Positions 63,201 to 64,000 of a stretch of DNA of 64,000 nucleotides are shown one piece after another. The stretch comes from Schmidtea polychroa (Eukaryota): assembly GCA_044892525.1 (NCBI GenBank), contig CM097888.1:74586001-74650000 (forward strand), written 5' to 3'. Numbering within the stretch: position 1 is the stretch's first letter; each line of letters begins with the position of its first letter. The position numbers and the translations under genes were made by a program. The notes under the pieces were generated by a model that saw only the letters and a program-made list of their open reading frames with translations, searched no databases and was not told the DNA's origin.

Positions 63201-64000
63201 CGTTGCTGTTAAGCATACCTATTAGTTTCAACAACTAGGAGGTTGCAAATAAAATCAAAATTCAATTACTTAATTATAAAATTAATTTCCACAATTCCAT
63301 AATATATAATTATTATTAACAAAAACATTTCAAAATGTCTAAAATATATGTTTCACTTAATAATGCATTGACGAAATTCCAGTATAATTTTCCAAATCAG
63401 ATATATTAATTTGTATTCATGTCACCAAAATAACTATCGAGTATTGGATCTGCCTTATAATTAATTTGTCCAAGTTGGAAATTTATCTTGCCAAAGGCAG
63501 GGAGGTTGAAAAAAATTTTCTAAGTTAATAAAAATCAAAATCTGTTTATAAAAGATGATGGTTCATGAGAAATATGATTCTTCAAGTTTTTATTTTAATG
63601 TGTCTAATTTAAAACAATTTAAATTAACTAATTAAAAATAGAATTAGCATATGATATAAAATAAAAAAATTAATTTAACCAAAAAAACAAATTTTAAAAG
63701 AAAACTTTTATGCACTTAAAAAATATTTTTCTCTAGTTTTTTATCCAAAATTAAAACAGGTCAAAGGTTTTGTGCGTAAATATGGTTAAAAAGGATATTA
63801 TTTCAAGATTATTTATTATGAATTATCAACAATTCCTGTGGCTTCATTGAAGTCTCAAAGGGGTTTATCTTCAATCAGAAACTTGTGAAAAACCGAAATC
63901 TGGATGAAAAATTAAATGCGTTATAACTTTTACTCTTTTTCTTTGAAAATCAATAAAAATACATTTATTTAATGAAATACTATTTTTATAAATCTGAATA

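Noticed and set aside
1-64000. CRISPR array, rRNA, tRNA or a prokaryotic operon
   Set aside because: I saw no regularly spaced repeat-spacer array or RNA-gene hallmarks. The DNA is intron-rich eukaryotic sequence, so the ORF track's alternative starts are not meaningful.

Overview
This is very AT-rich eukaryotic (metazoan) draft-assembly DNA with nine N-gaps; I saw no rRNA, tRNA or CRISPR array. Almost the whole window is one giant multi-exon gene on the minus strand. It is a strongly diverged MYCBP2/Highwire/RPM-1 (PHR-family) E3 ubiquitin ligase, recognised from exon translations aligned by eye to recalled human MYCBP2. The exons appear in the expected order: RCC1-like domain (~53.5-60.7 kb), PHR1 (52.4 and 44.8 kb), probable PHR2 (~34.6 kb), filamin/RAE1-binding region (24.7-18.9 kb), the 'GLRxRSxPS' region (14.9 kb), and the start of the DOC/APC10 domain at the left edge. 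The RING/RCR end lies outside the window. The introns hold an intact, intronless UBE2K-type E2 gene on the opposite strand and a deleted proteasome alpha-subunit (PSMA4/PRE9-like) pseudogene. They also hold at least four minimal hammerhead-ribozyme motifs, two of which form an 88-bp inverted pair, and remnants of many transposon superfamilies (hAT, Tc1/IS630, pogo/Tigger, piggyBac, MULE, Helitron, Gypsy). All homology calls are by-eye pattern recognition, not database searches. Exon boundaries are exact only where splice phase is quoted.
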